47,664 nt of DNA, taken from contig JADFWS010000001.1 in the NCBI GenBank assembly GCA_015234065.1, positions 1 to 47,664 on the forward strand, written 5' to 3'. The stretch comes from Candidatus Omnitrophota bacterium (GTDB lineage Bacteria > Omnitrophota > Gorgyraeia > Zapsychrales > Fredricksoniimonadaceae). The first letter of the stretch is position 1. Every line of letters begins with the position of its first letter. The position numbers were made by a program, and so were the translations under genes. The notes under the pieces are model-generated. The model did not search any database. It was not told the DNA's origin and saw only the letters and a list, made by a program, of their open reading frames with translations. Below are positions 1 through 9,044 of this stretch, piece after piece.

Positions 1-1035
1 ATTTTGATGGGTTTTAGCAATCTGGAAAAGATCGTGGCTCAGATCACGGCAGATCGTATGATGCTGAAGATGCCAGTGGCACTGATCAGTAATGGTACGC
101 TCCCGACGCAAAAAGTGGTGACAGGGACGTTAGCGAATATTGTGGCCCGTGTCAAGGCGTCGGGCATGAAGGCGCCGGCGATCATTGTGATCGGTAAAGT
201 GGTTGCGTTAAGAGATCAACTGAATTGGTTTACACCACCGCTGTTATTGCAAGGCAAGCGCATTTTGGTCACGCGGCCCGAGCATCAGGCGAGCGAGCTC
301 GTGGGTATTTTGGAAGGACATGGCGCCAGGGTGACGAGCATTCCGCTCATCCGGATCGTTCCGTCGAAGAATACGGCGCAGATCAAGGCCCGGCTTTCAG
401 CGCTTGATCAATTTAACTGGCTTATTTTTACGAGTGTGAACGGGGTGGATCTTTTTCTGAAAGCCGTTGCAAAGCATAAGATTTCCATCGCAAGTTTGAA
501 GAATAAGAAATTCGCCGCGATCGGAAAAAAGACGGCCGAGCATTTGGAGCAGGCCGGGATCAAGGTGGATCTGGTGCCCAAAGATTTTGTGCAGGAAGCG
601 TTGGCCGCCACGATGATAAAGACGATCGCCAAAGAATCCAAGGGCGTTCTTCTGGCGCATTCCGCCGGAAGCCGGCCGGTCTTGGAACAGAAGCTCAGGG
701 CGGCGGGGTTAAAGATCGAGACACTCGATCTTTATTCAGCTGAGCCGATCAAGGAAAATCATGCGCGTGTGCATACGATGTTTGCGAAGCGGCAGGTAGA
801 TGCTGTAATGTTGACGAGCTCGTCGTGTGCGGAAAGTTTTTTAAGTGTTTTTAAAAAGGCACAGCTTAAGGCGCAGACAAAAGGTGTTGTGGTGGCGTCC
901 ATCGGCCCGATCACGTCCGATACGGCGCGGCGCGCAGGGTTGCCCGTGGCGGTTGAAGCCGATGTATACACGATCGAGGGCATTACGGCGGCATTGATCG
1001 AATATTATCAGGGACAGAAAAGAGTTCAGGCATGA
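1..1035 (+). CDS. cobA-hemD: CobA/HemD fusion, 5'-truncated by the window: C-terminal end of uroporphyrinogen-III C-methyltransferase fused to uroporphyrinogen-III synthase
   Basis: The frame is open from base 1. The first ~75 aa (GTLANIVARVKASGMKAPAIIVIGKVVALRDQLNWF) resemble the C-terminus of SUMT. The rest (GKRILVTRPEHQASEL, LIFTSVNGV, MLTSSSCAESF) is HemD-like. It sits in a tetrapyrrole gene cluster. Confidence 0.8.
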   Translation: MLMGFSNLEKIVAQITADRMMLKMPVALISNGTLPTQKVVTGTLANIVARVKASGMKAPAIIVIGKVVALRDQLNWFTPPLLLQGKRILVTRPEHQASELVGILEGHGARVTSIPLIRIVPSKNTAQIKARLSALDQFNWLIFTSVNGVDLFLKAVAKHKISIASLKNKKFAAIGKKTAEHLEQAGIKVDLVPKDFVQEALAATMIKTIAKESKGVLLAHSAGSRPVLEQKLRAAGLKIETLDLYSAEPIKENHARVHTMFAKRQVDAVMLTSSSCAESFLSVFKKAQLKAQTKGVVVASIGPITSDTARRAGLPVAVEADVYTIEGITAALIEYYQGQKRVQA

Positions 1036-2198
1036 TCAGCTTTACAGGGCTTTTAGGGGATATTTCATCCTACGGGGATAAGCTTCGTTACCGCAGGGAT
1101 CCGGATCCGCTGTTGCGGCGGCCGATCGCGGTATGGAATTGTTCGCGTCGCTGTAATCTTTCGTGTGTGCATTGTTATTCGGATTCCCGCGACACGACTT
1201 ATGCGGGTGAGCTTTCAACGGATGAGGCCAAGGCCATGATCCGGGATTTGAAGGAATTCAATGTGCCGGTGCTTTTGTTTTCAGGCGGTGAGCCGCTCAT
1301 GCGCCAGGATCTTTTTGAGCTCAATGCGTATGCGCGCGCACGGGGATTGCGCACGGTCATTTCAACCAATGGCACGCTGATCACGCCTGATATGGCACGG
1401 CGTATCAAGGACGAAGGTTTTGAGTATATCGGTATCAGCCTCGACGGGATCGGCAAGAATAATGACCGGTTTCGCGGCAAGATCGGCGCGTTTGATGATG
1501 CGCTGAATGGTATTCGTAACCTTGTGCATGTCGGGCAAAAGGTGGGTTTGCGTTTTACGATCACGAACCATAATTATCTGGATATTCCACCGCTGTTCAA
1601 ACTGGTTGAGGCGGAAGCTGTGAACCGGATCTGTTTTTATCATTTGGCTTACGCAGGCCGGGGCGCGGCAGAGGAACAGAATGACCTGCCGCATGATAAA
1701 ACACGGGCTGTGATCGATCAGATCTATGACTGGACGGTGTCGCTGTCCGAGCGGAAGATCGCGAAAGAAGTGCTGACCGTGGATAATCACGCGGATGGCG
1801 CGTATTTGTATTTGAAGCTGAAGAAGGCGGATCCTGTGAAAGCGGCCGAAGCGTTTCGTTTGCTCGAAGCGAATGGCGGCAATGCCTCGGGGATCGGGAT
1901 TTCGAATATTGATAATATAGGCAATGTGCATGCGGATCAGTTTTGGCAGAGTGTCACATTTGGCAATGTCCGTGAACGGAAATTCGGGGATATCTGGACA
2001 GATACGTCACATGAGCTGATGGGTAAGCTTAAAAACAGGGCGGCGTTCCTGAAAGGGCGTTGTCCGACGTGCAAATTCTTGAATATGTGTAACGGGAATT
2101 TACGCTTGCGCGCCGCGGTGGCGACCGGAGACGTGTGGGCTGATGATCCGGCGTGTTATCTGACGGATCAGGAAGTATTTGAGACGAAAATACCATGA
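1032..2198 (+). CDS. Radical SAM/SPASM enzyme, NirJ-like (AhbC/AhbD type, alternative heme biosynthesis)
   Basis: CX3CX2C motif (CNLSCVHCY) and a C-terminal Cys cluster CPTCKFLNMC followed 21 residues later by another Cys, resembling the auxiliary-cluster motif recalled for AhbD. ATGA overlap with the upstream gene. I cannot assign AhbC versus AhbD with certainty. Confidence 0.75.
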   Translation: MISFTGLLGDISSYGDKLRYRRDPDPLLRRPIAVWNCSRRCNLSCVHCYSDSRDTTYAGELSTDEAKAMIRDLKEFNVPVLLFSGGEPLMRQDLFELNAYARARGLRTVISTNGTLITPDMARRIKDEGFEYIGISLDGIGKNNDRFRGKIGAFDDALNGIRNLVHVGQKVGLRFTITNHNYLDIPPLFKLVEAEAVNRICFYHLAYAGRGAAEEQNDLPHDKTRAVIDQIYDWTVSLSERKIAKEVLTVDNHADGAYLYLKLKKADPVKAAEAFRLLEANGGNASGIGISNIDNIGNVHADQFWQSVTFGNVRERKFGDIWTDTSHELMGKLKNRAAFLKGRCPTCKFLNMCNGNLRLRAAVATGDVWADDPACYLTDQEVFETKIP

Positions 2199-3160
2199 AG
2201 AAAGCGTTAACACCACTTCTGAAAAAGAGCGGGTCAGGCTATAACCTCATCATGCCGTATTTTGTGGTAGAGGGGAAGAATGTTTCTCGGGCTATTGCCT
2301 CGATGCCCGGCGTGTATCAGTTATCCGTTGACCGGATGGTGACTGAAGTTGCCCGGGCCAAAGAGTTGGGCGTGCCGGGGGTGATCATTTTCGGGATCCC
2401 GAAGGCCAAGGACGCCGAAGCTACCGGGGCGTACGACGACCATGGCATTGTTCAGCGCGCGGTCCGTGCGGTGAAGGATAAGGTCAAAGGCATTTTAGTG
2501 ATCACGGATGTCTGCTTGTGTGAATATACCAGCCACGGCCATTGCGGGGTGGTGCATTGCTGTCAGGAGAATGGGGAAATGCCCAAGAAGTTCATTCGCT
2601 TGAAGGACACCGTTGCGCTGTTGGCTAAGACGGCGGTGTCGCATGTGAAGGCTGGCGCGGATATAGTCGCTCCGTCGGCCATGATGAAAGGCCAGGTCAA
2701 AGCGATCCGTCAAGAGCTCGATAAAGCCGGCTTTGGGCAGACCCCGATCATGGGGTATAGCGCCAAGTTTGCGTCGGCATTTTACGGGCCTTTTCGTGAT
2801 GCGGCTGAGTCGGCGCCCCGGTTTGGGGACCGCAGGTCGTATCAGCTGGATCCAAAGGTGTCGACCAAAGCGCTCTCAGAAGTGGCCGCAGATATTGCCG
2901 AGGGCGCGGATATTGTGATGGTCAAGCCGGCGCTGGCGTATCTGGATATTATCCGTCAGGTCAAGGACCGGTTTGATATGCCGCTGGCCGCGTATAATGT
3001 CAGCGCGGAATATTCCATGGTCAAGGCCGCGGCCGCCAAGGGCTGGATCGACGAGAAAAAGATCGTTCTTGAAAAATTGAACGCGATCAGGCGCGCCGGG
3101 GCTTCGATCATTATCAGCTACCATGCGTGTGACGTGATGCGTTGGAAGAGGGAAGTATAA
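2195..3160 (+). CDS. hemB: Porphobilinogen synthase (delta-aminolevulinate dehydratase), Zn-type
   Basis: Cys-rich metal site DVCLCEYTSHGHCG and Schiff-base lysine context IVMVKPALAY. Length 321 aa. Confidence 0.93.
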   Translation: MKKALTPLLKKSGSGYNLIMPYFVVEGKNVSRAIASMPGVYQLSVDRMVTEVARAKELGVPGVIIFGIPKAKDAEATGAYDDHGIVQRAVRAVKDKVKGILVITDVCLCEYTSHGHCGVVHCCQENGEMPKKFIRLKDTVALLAKTAVSHVKAGADIVAPSAMMKGQVKAIRQELDKAGFGQTPIMGYSAKFASAFYGPFRDAAESAPRFGDRRSYQLDPKVSTKALSEVAADIAEGADIVMVKPALAYLDIIRQVKDRFDMPLAAYNVSAEYSMVKAAAAKGWIDEKKIVLEKLNAIRRAGASIIISYHACDVMRWKREV

Positions 3161-4132
3161 ATGATCATTTCATGGAATATCACCAAAGAATGTCAGCTCA
3201 AGTGCCGCCATTGTTACCGTGATGCCGGAGCGAAACAAAAAGGTGAGTTAACGCCGGCCGAAGGCAAAGAGCTTATTGAGGAGATCGCTAAAGCCGGATT
3301 CAAGATATTAATTATCAGCGGTGGAGAGCCGCTCATGCGTCACGATGTGTATGACCTGATCGCGCATGCCAAGGCTCAAGGGTTGCGCCCGGTTTTGGGG
3401 ACGAACGGGCTTATGATCACGCCCGAGGTTGTCCGCAAATTGAAAGCCGCAGGCCTGGCCCGCGCCGGGATCAGCCTCGACAGTATTGATGCGCGTATCC
3501 ATGATGATTTCCGTCAGGAAGCCGGCGCCTGGAAAGGCACGATCGCGGCCATGAAGGTGTGCCGTGAAGAAGGCCTGGATTTCCAGATCCACACGACCGT
3601 GACGACGTATAATTACAAAGATGTGGAAAAAATAACGGATCTGGCGGTTGAGCTCGGCGCCAAGGCGCATCATATTTTCTTTCTTGTTCCCACAGGGCGG
3701 GGCAAGGATCTTGAGGCACTGATCCCGTCGAAAGAATACCAGGCGTTGCTTAAAAAGATCATGAAGAAGCAAGGCGAAGTTGCGATCGAGTTAAAGCCGG
3801 TGTGTGCGCCGCAATTTGTGCCGCTGGCCAAAGAGATGGGCCTGGAAACGCGTTTTCAGCGCGGCTGTCTGGCGGGCGTCAGTTATTGTTGCATCCTGCC
3901 GAATGGCGACGTTCACCCGTGCCCGTATTTTCCGAAACGTGTGGCCAACGTGCGGGATCAGAAATTCAGCGATATGTGGAAGAACGCGCCGCTGTTCAAG
4001 GAATTGCGCGATGCCAATTATACCGGTCAGTGTGGCGCGTGTGAGCATAAGTCCAGTTGTGCCGGTTGTCGCGCCCGGGCGTACGCCGAGTCGGGTGATT
4101 ACATGGATTTTGATCCGGAGTGTATTTTTTAG
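3161..4132 (+). CDS. Radical SAM/SPASM enzyme, NirJ-like (AhbC/AhbD type)
   Basis: CQLKCRHCY radical SAM motif and C-terminal SPASM-like GQCGACEHKSSCAGCRARAY. It sits next to the siroheme decarboxylase genes. Confidence 0.75.
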   Translation: MIISWNITKECQLKCRHCYRDAGAKQKGELTPAEGKELIEEIAKAGFKILIISGGEPLMRHDVYDLIAHAKAQGLRPVLGTNGLMITPEVVRKLKAAGLARAGISLDSIDARIHDDFRQEAGAWKGTIAAMKVCREEGLDFQIHTTVTTYNYKDVEKITDLAVELGAKAHHIFFLVPTGRGKDLEALIPSKEYQALLKKIMKKQGEVAIELKPVCAPQFVPLAKEMGLETRFQRGCLAGVSYCCILPNGDVHPCPYFPKRVANVRDQKFSDMWKNAPLFKELRDANYTGQCGACEHKSSCAGCRARAYAESGDYMDFDPECIF

Positions 4133-4582
4133 ATGATCACGTCAAAAGATAAAATCTTGCTTAAAAAGCTTCAGCCTGAATTTCCGTTGGCTTCGAGGCC
4201 TTTTGCGGTTTTGGCAGAACAGGCCGGGCTCTCTGAAAAAGACATGATCGCCGCGTTCAAGCGCTTGCAGAAAGAAAAGATCCTGCGGTATATCGCGCCC
4301 ATGTTTGATATGCGCAAGCTGAGTATCGTGTCGAGCCTTATAGCGATGCGCGTTCCGCTGAATAAACAGAAGAAAGCGGTCCAGGTCATTAATGCGTACC
4401 CTAATGTGAGCCATAATTATCTTCGGGCCGGTGAGTATAATGTCTGGTTCACAGTGAGCGCTGCGTCGGAGCGAAAACTGAAGAGGATCCTTTCCGATAT
4501 ACGAAAGAAGACAGGTATTGACGCCATGCTGGACCTTAAAACACGCAAGGTGTTTAAAAGCCGGGCGGTGTTTGACCTATGA
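4133..4582 (+). CDS. Siroheme decarboxylase subunit (AsnC/Lrp-like, NirD/L/G/H family; AhbA/AhbB)
   Basis: 149 aa with an N-terminal HTH-like region (ILLKKLQPEFPLASRPFAVLAEQAGLSEKDMIAAFKRL). Paired with a paralog and flanked by NirJ-like genes. Confidence 0.75.
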   Translation: MITSKDKILLKKLQPEFPLASRPFAVLAEQAGLSEKDMIAAFKRLQKEKILRYIAPMFDMRKLSIVSSLIAMRVPLNKQKKAVQVINAYPNVSHNYLRAGEYNVWFTVSAASERKLKRILSDIRKKTGIDAMLDLKTRKVFKSRAVFDL

Positions 4583-5052
4583 AGAGCGCTTTCCGGAAAA
4601 CCATATTTGCGTTAACTGAACCATTGGCGCTCGTACCTGCTCCGTATGCGGCCGTGGCGAAACGTTTAGGTATGAGTGAGCAAAAGCTTATATCCCGCAT
4701 TGCTGAATATCAGTCTGAGGGGATCATTCGTCGGATGGGGATCGTGTACGGGCATTTCAAGATGGGGTATAGCGCCAACGCCCTCGTGGTATGGCGTGTG
4801 GATGAAGCGCAACTCGAAGATGCGGGCAAGATCTTTTCTGCGTTTACGGCGGTCACACATTGTTATGCGCGTCAGGCGTATCCGGAGTGGCCGTATAATC
4901 TGTATACCATGGTCCATGCCAAAAGCAAAAAGCAGTGTCAAATGATTATTCGGGAGATGTCGCAAAAATCTCGTGTTGGAGAGTATAAAGTTTTATCGAC
5001 ATTGAAGGAATTTAAAAAGATAAAGAGCGATCTTCGGGAGATATTAACATGA
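4579..5052 (+). CDS. Siroheme decarboxylase subunit (AsnC/Lrp-like; AhbA/AhbB partner)
   Basis: 157-aa paralog of the preceding ORF (PYAAVAKRLGMSEQKLISRIAEYQSEGIIRRMG). 4-nt overlaps on both sides. Confidence 0.75.
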   Translation: MKSAFRKTIFALTEPLALVPAPYAAVAKRLGMSEQKLISRIAEYQSEGIIRRMGIVYGHFKMGYSANALVVWRVDEAQLEDAGKIFSAFTAVTHCYARQAYPEWPYNLYTMVHAKSKKQCQMIIREMSQKSRVGEYKVLSTLKEFKKIKSDLREILT

Positions 5053-6308
5053 AACGGTCGGCATCTAAAAAAGCCTATCAAGAGGCGTTAAAGTATTTCC
5101 CCGGTGGTGTGAATAGCCCGGTACGCGCCTTTGGCTCTGTGGGAGGAAGCCCGCTGTTCATTAAGAAGGGCGCAGGATCGAAAATTTACGATGTTGATGG
5201 GAATGTGTATATTGACCTGGTCATGAGCTGGGGTGCTTTGATGCTTGGGCATGCCGCGCCCGAAGTTGTCCGGGCAGTCGAGGATGCCGTTAAGCTGGGG
5301 TCGAGTTTTGGTGCGCCGACGTGTGCCGAGACAGAGCTGGCGAAAATGATCCGGGACGCGGTCCCGTCGATCCAAAAGATGCGTTTTGTCAGTTCGGGCA
5401 CAGAAGCCACGATGAGCGCGATCCGCTTAAGCCGCGGGTTCACGGGGCGGGACAAGATCATTAAATTTGACGGTTGTTATCACGGGCATGGCGACAGCTT
5501 GCTTGTGAAGGCCGGGTCAGGGGCGGCAACACAGGGCATTCCGGGAAGCAAGGGCGTGAGCGCATCGTTGAGTCGGGACACGATCGTGTGTCCCTACAAT
5601 GATATTGCGTATTTTCGTAAGGTTGTAGCCAAACAGGGTAAAGATATTGCCTGCGTTATCGTTGAGCCCGTAGCCGCAAATATGGGTGTTGTCCTGCCGG
5701 GTATCGGTTTTCTGGAAGAGATCCGCGCGTTAACGAAGAAGCATGGGATCGTGCTTGTTTTCGACGAGGTTATCACAGGGTTTCGCATTCACTTTGGCGG
5801 CGTGCAGACGATCTTGAATGTTAAGCCGGATTTGACCTGTTTGGGAAAGATCATTGGTGGCGGCCTGCCGATCGGCGCGTATGGCGGCAGAAAAGATATC
5901 ATGGATCATGTGGCGCCTCTGGGCGGCGTGTATCAGGCGGGTACGCTGTCCGGGAACCCGGTCGCGGTCGCGGCGGGTATCGCGAATTTGAAGGCGTTAA
6001 AAAAGAAAGATTATGCGGCGCTGAATGACAAGACCGCGATTCTCTGTGACGGGCTGGAAGCGGCGTTCATCAAGGCCGGTGTGCCGGTCACGGTCAACCG
6101 TGCCGGGTCTTTGTTTACGGTGTTCTTTACCAAAGGGCCAGTCGATGACTTTAAGGACGCCAAAACGTCGGATACAAAACGATATGCGAAGTATTTCTGG
6201 TCCATGCTGGATCAAAGGATCAATATCGCGCCATCGCAATTTGAAGCGCAATTCCTATCTTTCAGCCATACGGATAAAGATATTCAGGCCATTTTGAACG
6301 CACTATGA
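5049..6308 (+). CDS. hemL: Glutamate-1-semialdehyde 2,1-aminomutase
   Basis: Class III aminotransferase. N-terminal YFPGGVNSPVRAF, PLP-lysine context CLGKIIGGGLPIGAYGG, and GTLSGNP. Confidence 0.95.
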   Translation: MKRSASKKAYQEALKYFPGGVNSPVRAFGSVGGSPLFIKKGAGSKIYDVDGNVYIDLVMSWGALMLGHAAPEVVRAVEDAVKLGSSFGAPTCAETELAKMIRDAVPSIQKMRFVSSGTEATMSAIRLSRGFTGRDKIIKFDGCYHGHGDSLLVKAGSGAATQGIPGSKGVSASLSRDTIVCPYNDIAYFRKVVAKQGKDIACVIVEPVAANMGVVLPGIGFLEEIRALTKKHGIVLVFDEVITGFRIHFGGVQTILNVKPDLTCLGKIIGGGLPIGAYGGRKDIMDHVAPLGGVYQAGTLSGNPVAVAAGIANLKALKKKDYAALNDKTAILCDGLEAAFIKAGVPVTVNRAGSLFTVFFTKGPVDDFKDAKTSDTKRYAKYFWSMLDQRINIAPSQFEAQFLSFSHTDKDIQAILNAL

Positions 6309-6703
6309 AGACCCATGATGAGGATCTGGCGTTTTATGCGCCGTCTGCAACGGATGTTGTTTTGGCCGTTATCATCCTCGGTTGTTCCCTGTTTTTTATC
6401 GTGTCTGCGTTCTCTCACCGTTATGTGCCGGCATCACCCGGTATTCTGATCTATCATGAACAGGCGCTGTTAAGCAAGATCAGCCTGTCCAAAGACGGCG
6501 TTGTGCCGATCCTGAATGGAAAAATGCAGATCGAGGTTAAAGGCGGGCGGGTGCGGGTACTCGAATCGGATTGCCCTCAGCATGTGTGCATGCGTACCGG
6601 CTGGATACAGTACGTCGGTCAGACGATCGTCTGTGTGCCGAATCATATTCTGATTGAGATCAAATCAACAGCGCCGCAGATCCTGGATGCGGTGGCCTAT
6701 TAA
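6305..6703 (+). CDS. NusG domain II-containing membrane-anchored protein (PF07009-like)
   Basis: One N-terminal TM helix, then IEVKGGRVRVLESDCPQHVCMRTGWIQYVGQTIVCVPNHILIEI, the characteristic NusG_II pattern. ATGA overlap with the hemL stop. Confidence 0.8.
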   Translation: MKTHDEDLAFYAPSATDVVLAVIILGCSLFFIVSAFSHRYVPASPGILIYHEQALLSKISLSKDGVVPILNGKMQIEVKGGRVRVLESDCPQHVCMRTGWIQYVGQTIVCVPNHILIEIKSTAPQILDAVAY

Positions 6704-6711
6704 GGTTTAGA

Positions 6712-7929
6712 ATGACAAAAATTCCTGCGACATTGAATATCCATAAGACGGCGCTCCTGGTTGCGATCGCGTGCGTCGTACAGATCGCAGAGTCGCTGAT
6801 CCCGCACCCTGTGCCCGGGCTTCGCCTGGGGCTGGCGAATGTGGTGACGTTGATCGCACTGGTGACCATGGGGTTTGGCGCGGCCATGGAGATCACGCTG
6901 TTGCGTACGATCTTGAGTGCGTTCATGATGGGGACCTTTATGTCGCCTACATTTATTTTGAGCTTTTCCGCCGGAGTGATGAGTACGGCCGTGATGGGAT
7001 GTTTATTTTGGGTGCGATCTTTTCCGCTGCCGTTTCGTTTGGGGATCGTGGGGATCAGCATGGCCGGAGCGCTGACGCATAATGTGGTCCAGATATTCCT
7101 GGCGTATTGGCTTTTGGTGAAACACCCCGGGATCTTTTTATTCCTGCCGTGGCTGGCTATCGGCTCCGTCGTGATGGGGTGGGTGATCGGTATCGTCGCC
7201 GGGCAGGTTTGCCTTGATCTCAAGAACGGGTTGCCCGTAGAGAAAGAAACACTCACGGCGGAACATGCTTCGCCTGAATTCGGCCGGTATGTTGTTGGCC
7301 ATTCTTTTCTGGACAGGCTTTCGGCAGAAATGAAGATCCTGACGCTGATCATTCTTTCCTTGTTTGTGATCATGGTGAGCGGCCTGGCCGTATACGGGGT
7401 ATTATTCGCGCTTCTTGTGTTTCTTGTTCTGGCGGCACGTATTCCGCTTGTTTTCCTCTTGATACAGGCCAGAAGATATAGCCTGATGATTGCGATCGCG
7501 TTCTTGTTTCCGGTATTGTTCAGTTCAGGCACGCAGGTGCTGTTTCAAAATGCGTTGATCCGATTTACGGCGGAAGGGCTGACCACAGGCGCAGTTTTTG
7601 CGTTGCGCATTGTGTTTCTGATCTTTTTAAGCGCGTTGTTAGCCCGGACGACATCGCCTACGGATCTTGGGGCCGGTTTGGGGCGGTTGCTTAAGCCGTT
7701 GGAGGTGTTCGGGATCTCCGGCGAGAGGACGGCCATGATTTTTGCCGAGGCCTGGATGGCGATTCCTTTTTTCTGGGATATTTCAAAGAATATCATACGA
7801 AGCCTTGATTTTAAGAATGTCAGGACTCCGGCGGCATTGATGCCTCTTTTGAGTATGTTCATGACCCGTTTTTATCTGGCGGCGGATAGCCAGAAAACGG
7901 CTGCAGGGGAGGTTTCATGCGCACCATGA
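6712..7929 (+). CDS. Fusion protein: N-terminal Gx transporter / Hpre_diP_synt_I-like domain plus C-terminal EcfT (CbiQ)-like transmembrane domain
   Basis: N-terminal half: QIAESLIPHPVPGLRLGLANVVTLIAL, typical of the Gx family. C-terminal half: GHSFLDRLSAEMKIL ... TAEGLTTGAVFALRIVFLIFLSALLARTTSPTDLGAGLGRLLKPLEVFGISGERTAMIFAEAWMAIPFF, typical of EcfT/CbiQ. One continuous 405-aa ORF. Confidence 0.7.
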   Translation: MTKIPATLNIHKTALLVAIACVVQIAESLIPHPVPGLRLGLANVVTLIALVTMGFGAAMEITLLRTILSAFMMGTFMSPTFILSFSAGVMSTAVMGCLFWVRSFPLPFRLGIVGISMAGALTHNVVQIFLAYWLLVKHPGIFLFLPWLAIGSVVMGWVIGIVAGQVCLDLKNGLPVEKETLTAEHASPEFGRYVVGHSFLDRLSAEMKILTLIILSLFVIMVSGLAVYGVLFALLVFLVLAARIPLVFLLIQARRYSLMIAIAFLFPVLFSSGTQVLFQNALIRFTAEGLTTGAVFALRIVFLIFLSALLARTTSPTDLGAGLGRLLKPLEVFGISGERTAMIFAEAWMAIPFFWDISKNIIRSLDFKNVRTPAALMPLLSMFMTRFYLAADSQKTAAGEVSCAP

Positions 7930-8930
7930 CCATGGCCCAATGGTTGAAAACTGTTTTATTGTGGATCGTTGTTACGATCATCGCGGTTTGTGTGGCGCGG
8001 GCGTTGAGCGGCCGTGAGACGCGTGTGCAGAAAGAAACGCGTTTCATGATGGACACCTATGTCACCGTATCTGCGGCGGGCCCTGAGAAGGTGGCGGCGC
8101 CCGCTGTCAAGGCGGCGTTGGATCGCATGCAGGAGGTTGCGATCAAATTTAACGGGTTGGATGCCAGAAGCCCTATTTATGCGTTTAATCATGACGGCAC
8201 ACCGATCAAGGATAAGGAGATCCTGGGGCTTATTCAGACCGGGCTTGACATGAGTGCAAAGACAGATGGGGCTTTTGACATGACGGTTGAGGCGTTGGCC
8301 CAGATATGGGGCTTTCATACGGATCATCCGCATCTTCCGGCTGATGCGGATATTCAACGCGCGTTGAAAAGTGTGGGGTACGCGCATCTTTCGTTGAAAG
8401 ACGGCCAGTTGGAAAAAGATGCTCACGATGTCATGATCGACCTGGGCGGCATTGCCAAAGGGTATTCGATCGTTGAAGCGGTCAAGGTTTTAAAGGCGCA
8501 TGGGATCGTGTCGGCGTTGATCGATGCCGGCGGGGATGTGTATGTGATCGGGCAGAATGCGTCACGGCCGTGGAATATCGGGATCCAACAGCCGCGCGGA
8601 GACGGGATCGTGGGGTATGTGGCGGTCACAGATACGGCGGTCATGGGCTCCGGGGATTATCAGCGGTTTTTTATCAAGGATGGTAAACGCTATCATCATA
8701 TTTTCAATCCCAGGACCGGATATCCGACGGAAGGTGTCGTGTCTGTGACCGTGATCTATCCTGACCCTGTTGTGGGCCAGGTGCTCGGCAAGATCCCGTT
8801 TATCATGGGGCCGGAAAAAGGGCTGGCGTTTCTCGAGAAAATACCCGGAATGGATGTGATCGTAATACTGTCTTCGGGCGAAAAGATCGTGTCCAAGGGG
8901 ATACGACATCCGCTAAAAACATTAAACTAA
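7917..8930 (+). CDS. apbE: FAD:protein FMN transferase ApbE (membrane-anchored or secreted)
   Basis: DLGGIAKGY, GSGDYQRFF and YHHIFNPRTGYP motifs plus an N-terminal hydrophobic anchor. An alternative start at 7926 gives an ATGA overlap with the upstream stop. Confidence 0.9.
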   Translation: MRTMTMAQWLKTVLLWIVVTIIAVCVARALSGRETRVQKETRFMMDTYVTVSAAGPEKVAAPAVKAALDRMQEVAIKFNGLDARSPIYAFNHDGTPIKDKEILGLIQTGLDMSAKTDGAFDMTVEALAQIWGFHTDHPHLPADADIQRALKSVGYAHLSLKDGQLEKDAHDVMIDLGGIAKGYSIVEAVKVLKAHGIVSALIDAGGDVYVIGQNASRPWNIGIQQPRGDGIVGYVAVTDTAVMGSGDYQRFFIKDGKRYHHIFNPRTGYPTEGVVSVTVIYPDPVVGQVLGKIPFIMGPEKGLAFLEKIPGMDVIVILSSGEKIVSKGIRHPLKTLN

Positions 8931-8937
8931 GTCATGC

Positions 8938-8973
8938 AGGGGATCCTTCGGCCTGCGGGCCTCAGGATGACGT
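8938..8973. repeat. REP-like imperfect hairpin element, copy 1
   Basis: ggATCCTtcGGCCtgcgGGCCtcAGGATgac lies immediately 3' of apbE. It belongs to the same family as the copies at 29847, 45220-45348 and 45373. Confidence 0.8.
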
Positions 8974-9044
8974 GCGTAAAAAATGAATTTTGTATACATT
9001 ATATAATATCTTAAGGTAGAATTAATGCTCAAAAGGGAGACGTA

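Noticed and set aside
6660-7532. 290-aa minus-strand ORF
   Set aside because: It lies entirely antisense to the well-supported Gx::EcfT membrane protein gene. Its translation is low-complexity (Ser/Thr/Ala/Ile/Arg-rich) with no recognisable motifs. It is a shadow ORF.
8934-9014. 26-codon mini-ORF (MQGILRPAGLRMTCVKN...) after apbE
   Set aside because: It is encoded by the REP-like hairpin element and the AT-rich promoter region. It has no RBS and is most likely a translation artefact of a repeat.
8976-9044. Sigma70 promoter call upstream of nqrA (TTGTAT at 8990, TATAAT at 9002, TAGAAT at 9017)
   Set aside because: The hexamer spacings (6 and 21 nt) do not fit a canonical -35/-10 pair. The region is AT-rich and probably contains a promoter, but I cannot place it from sequence alone.
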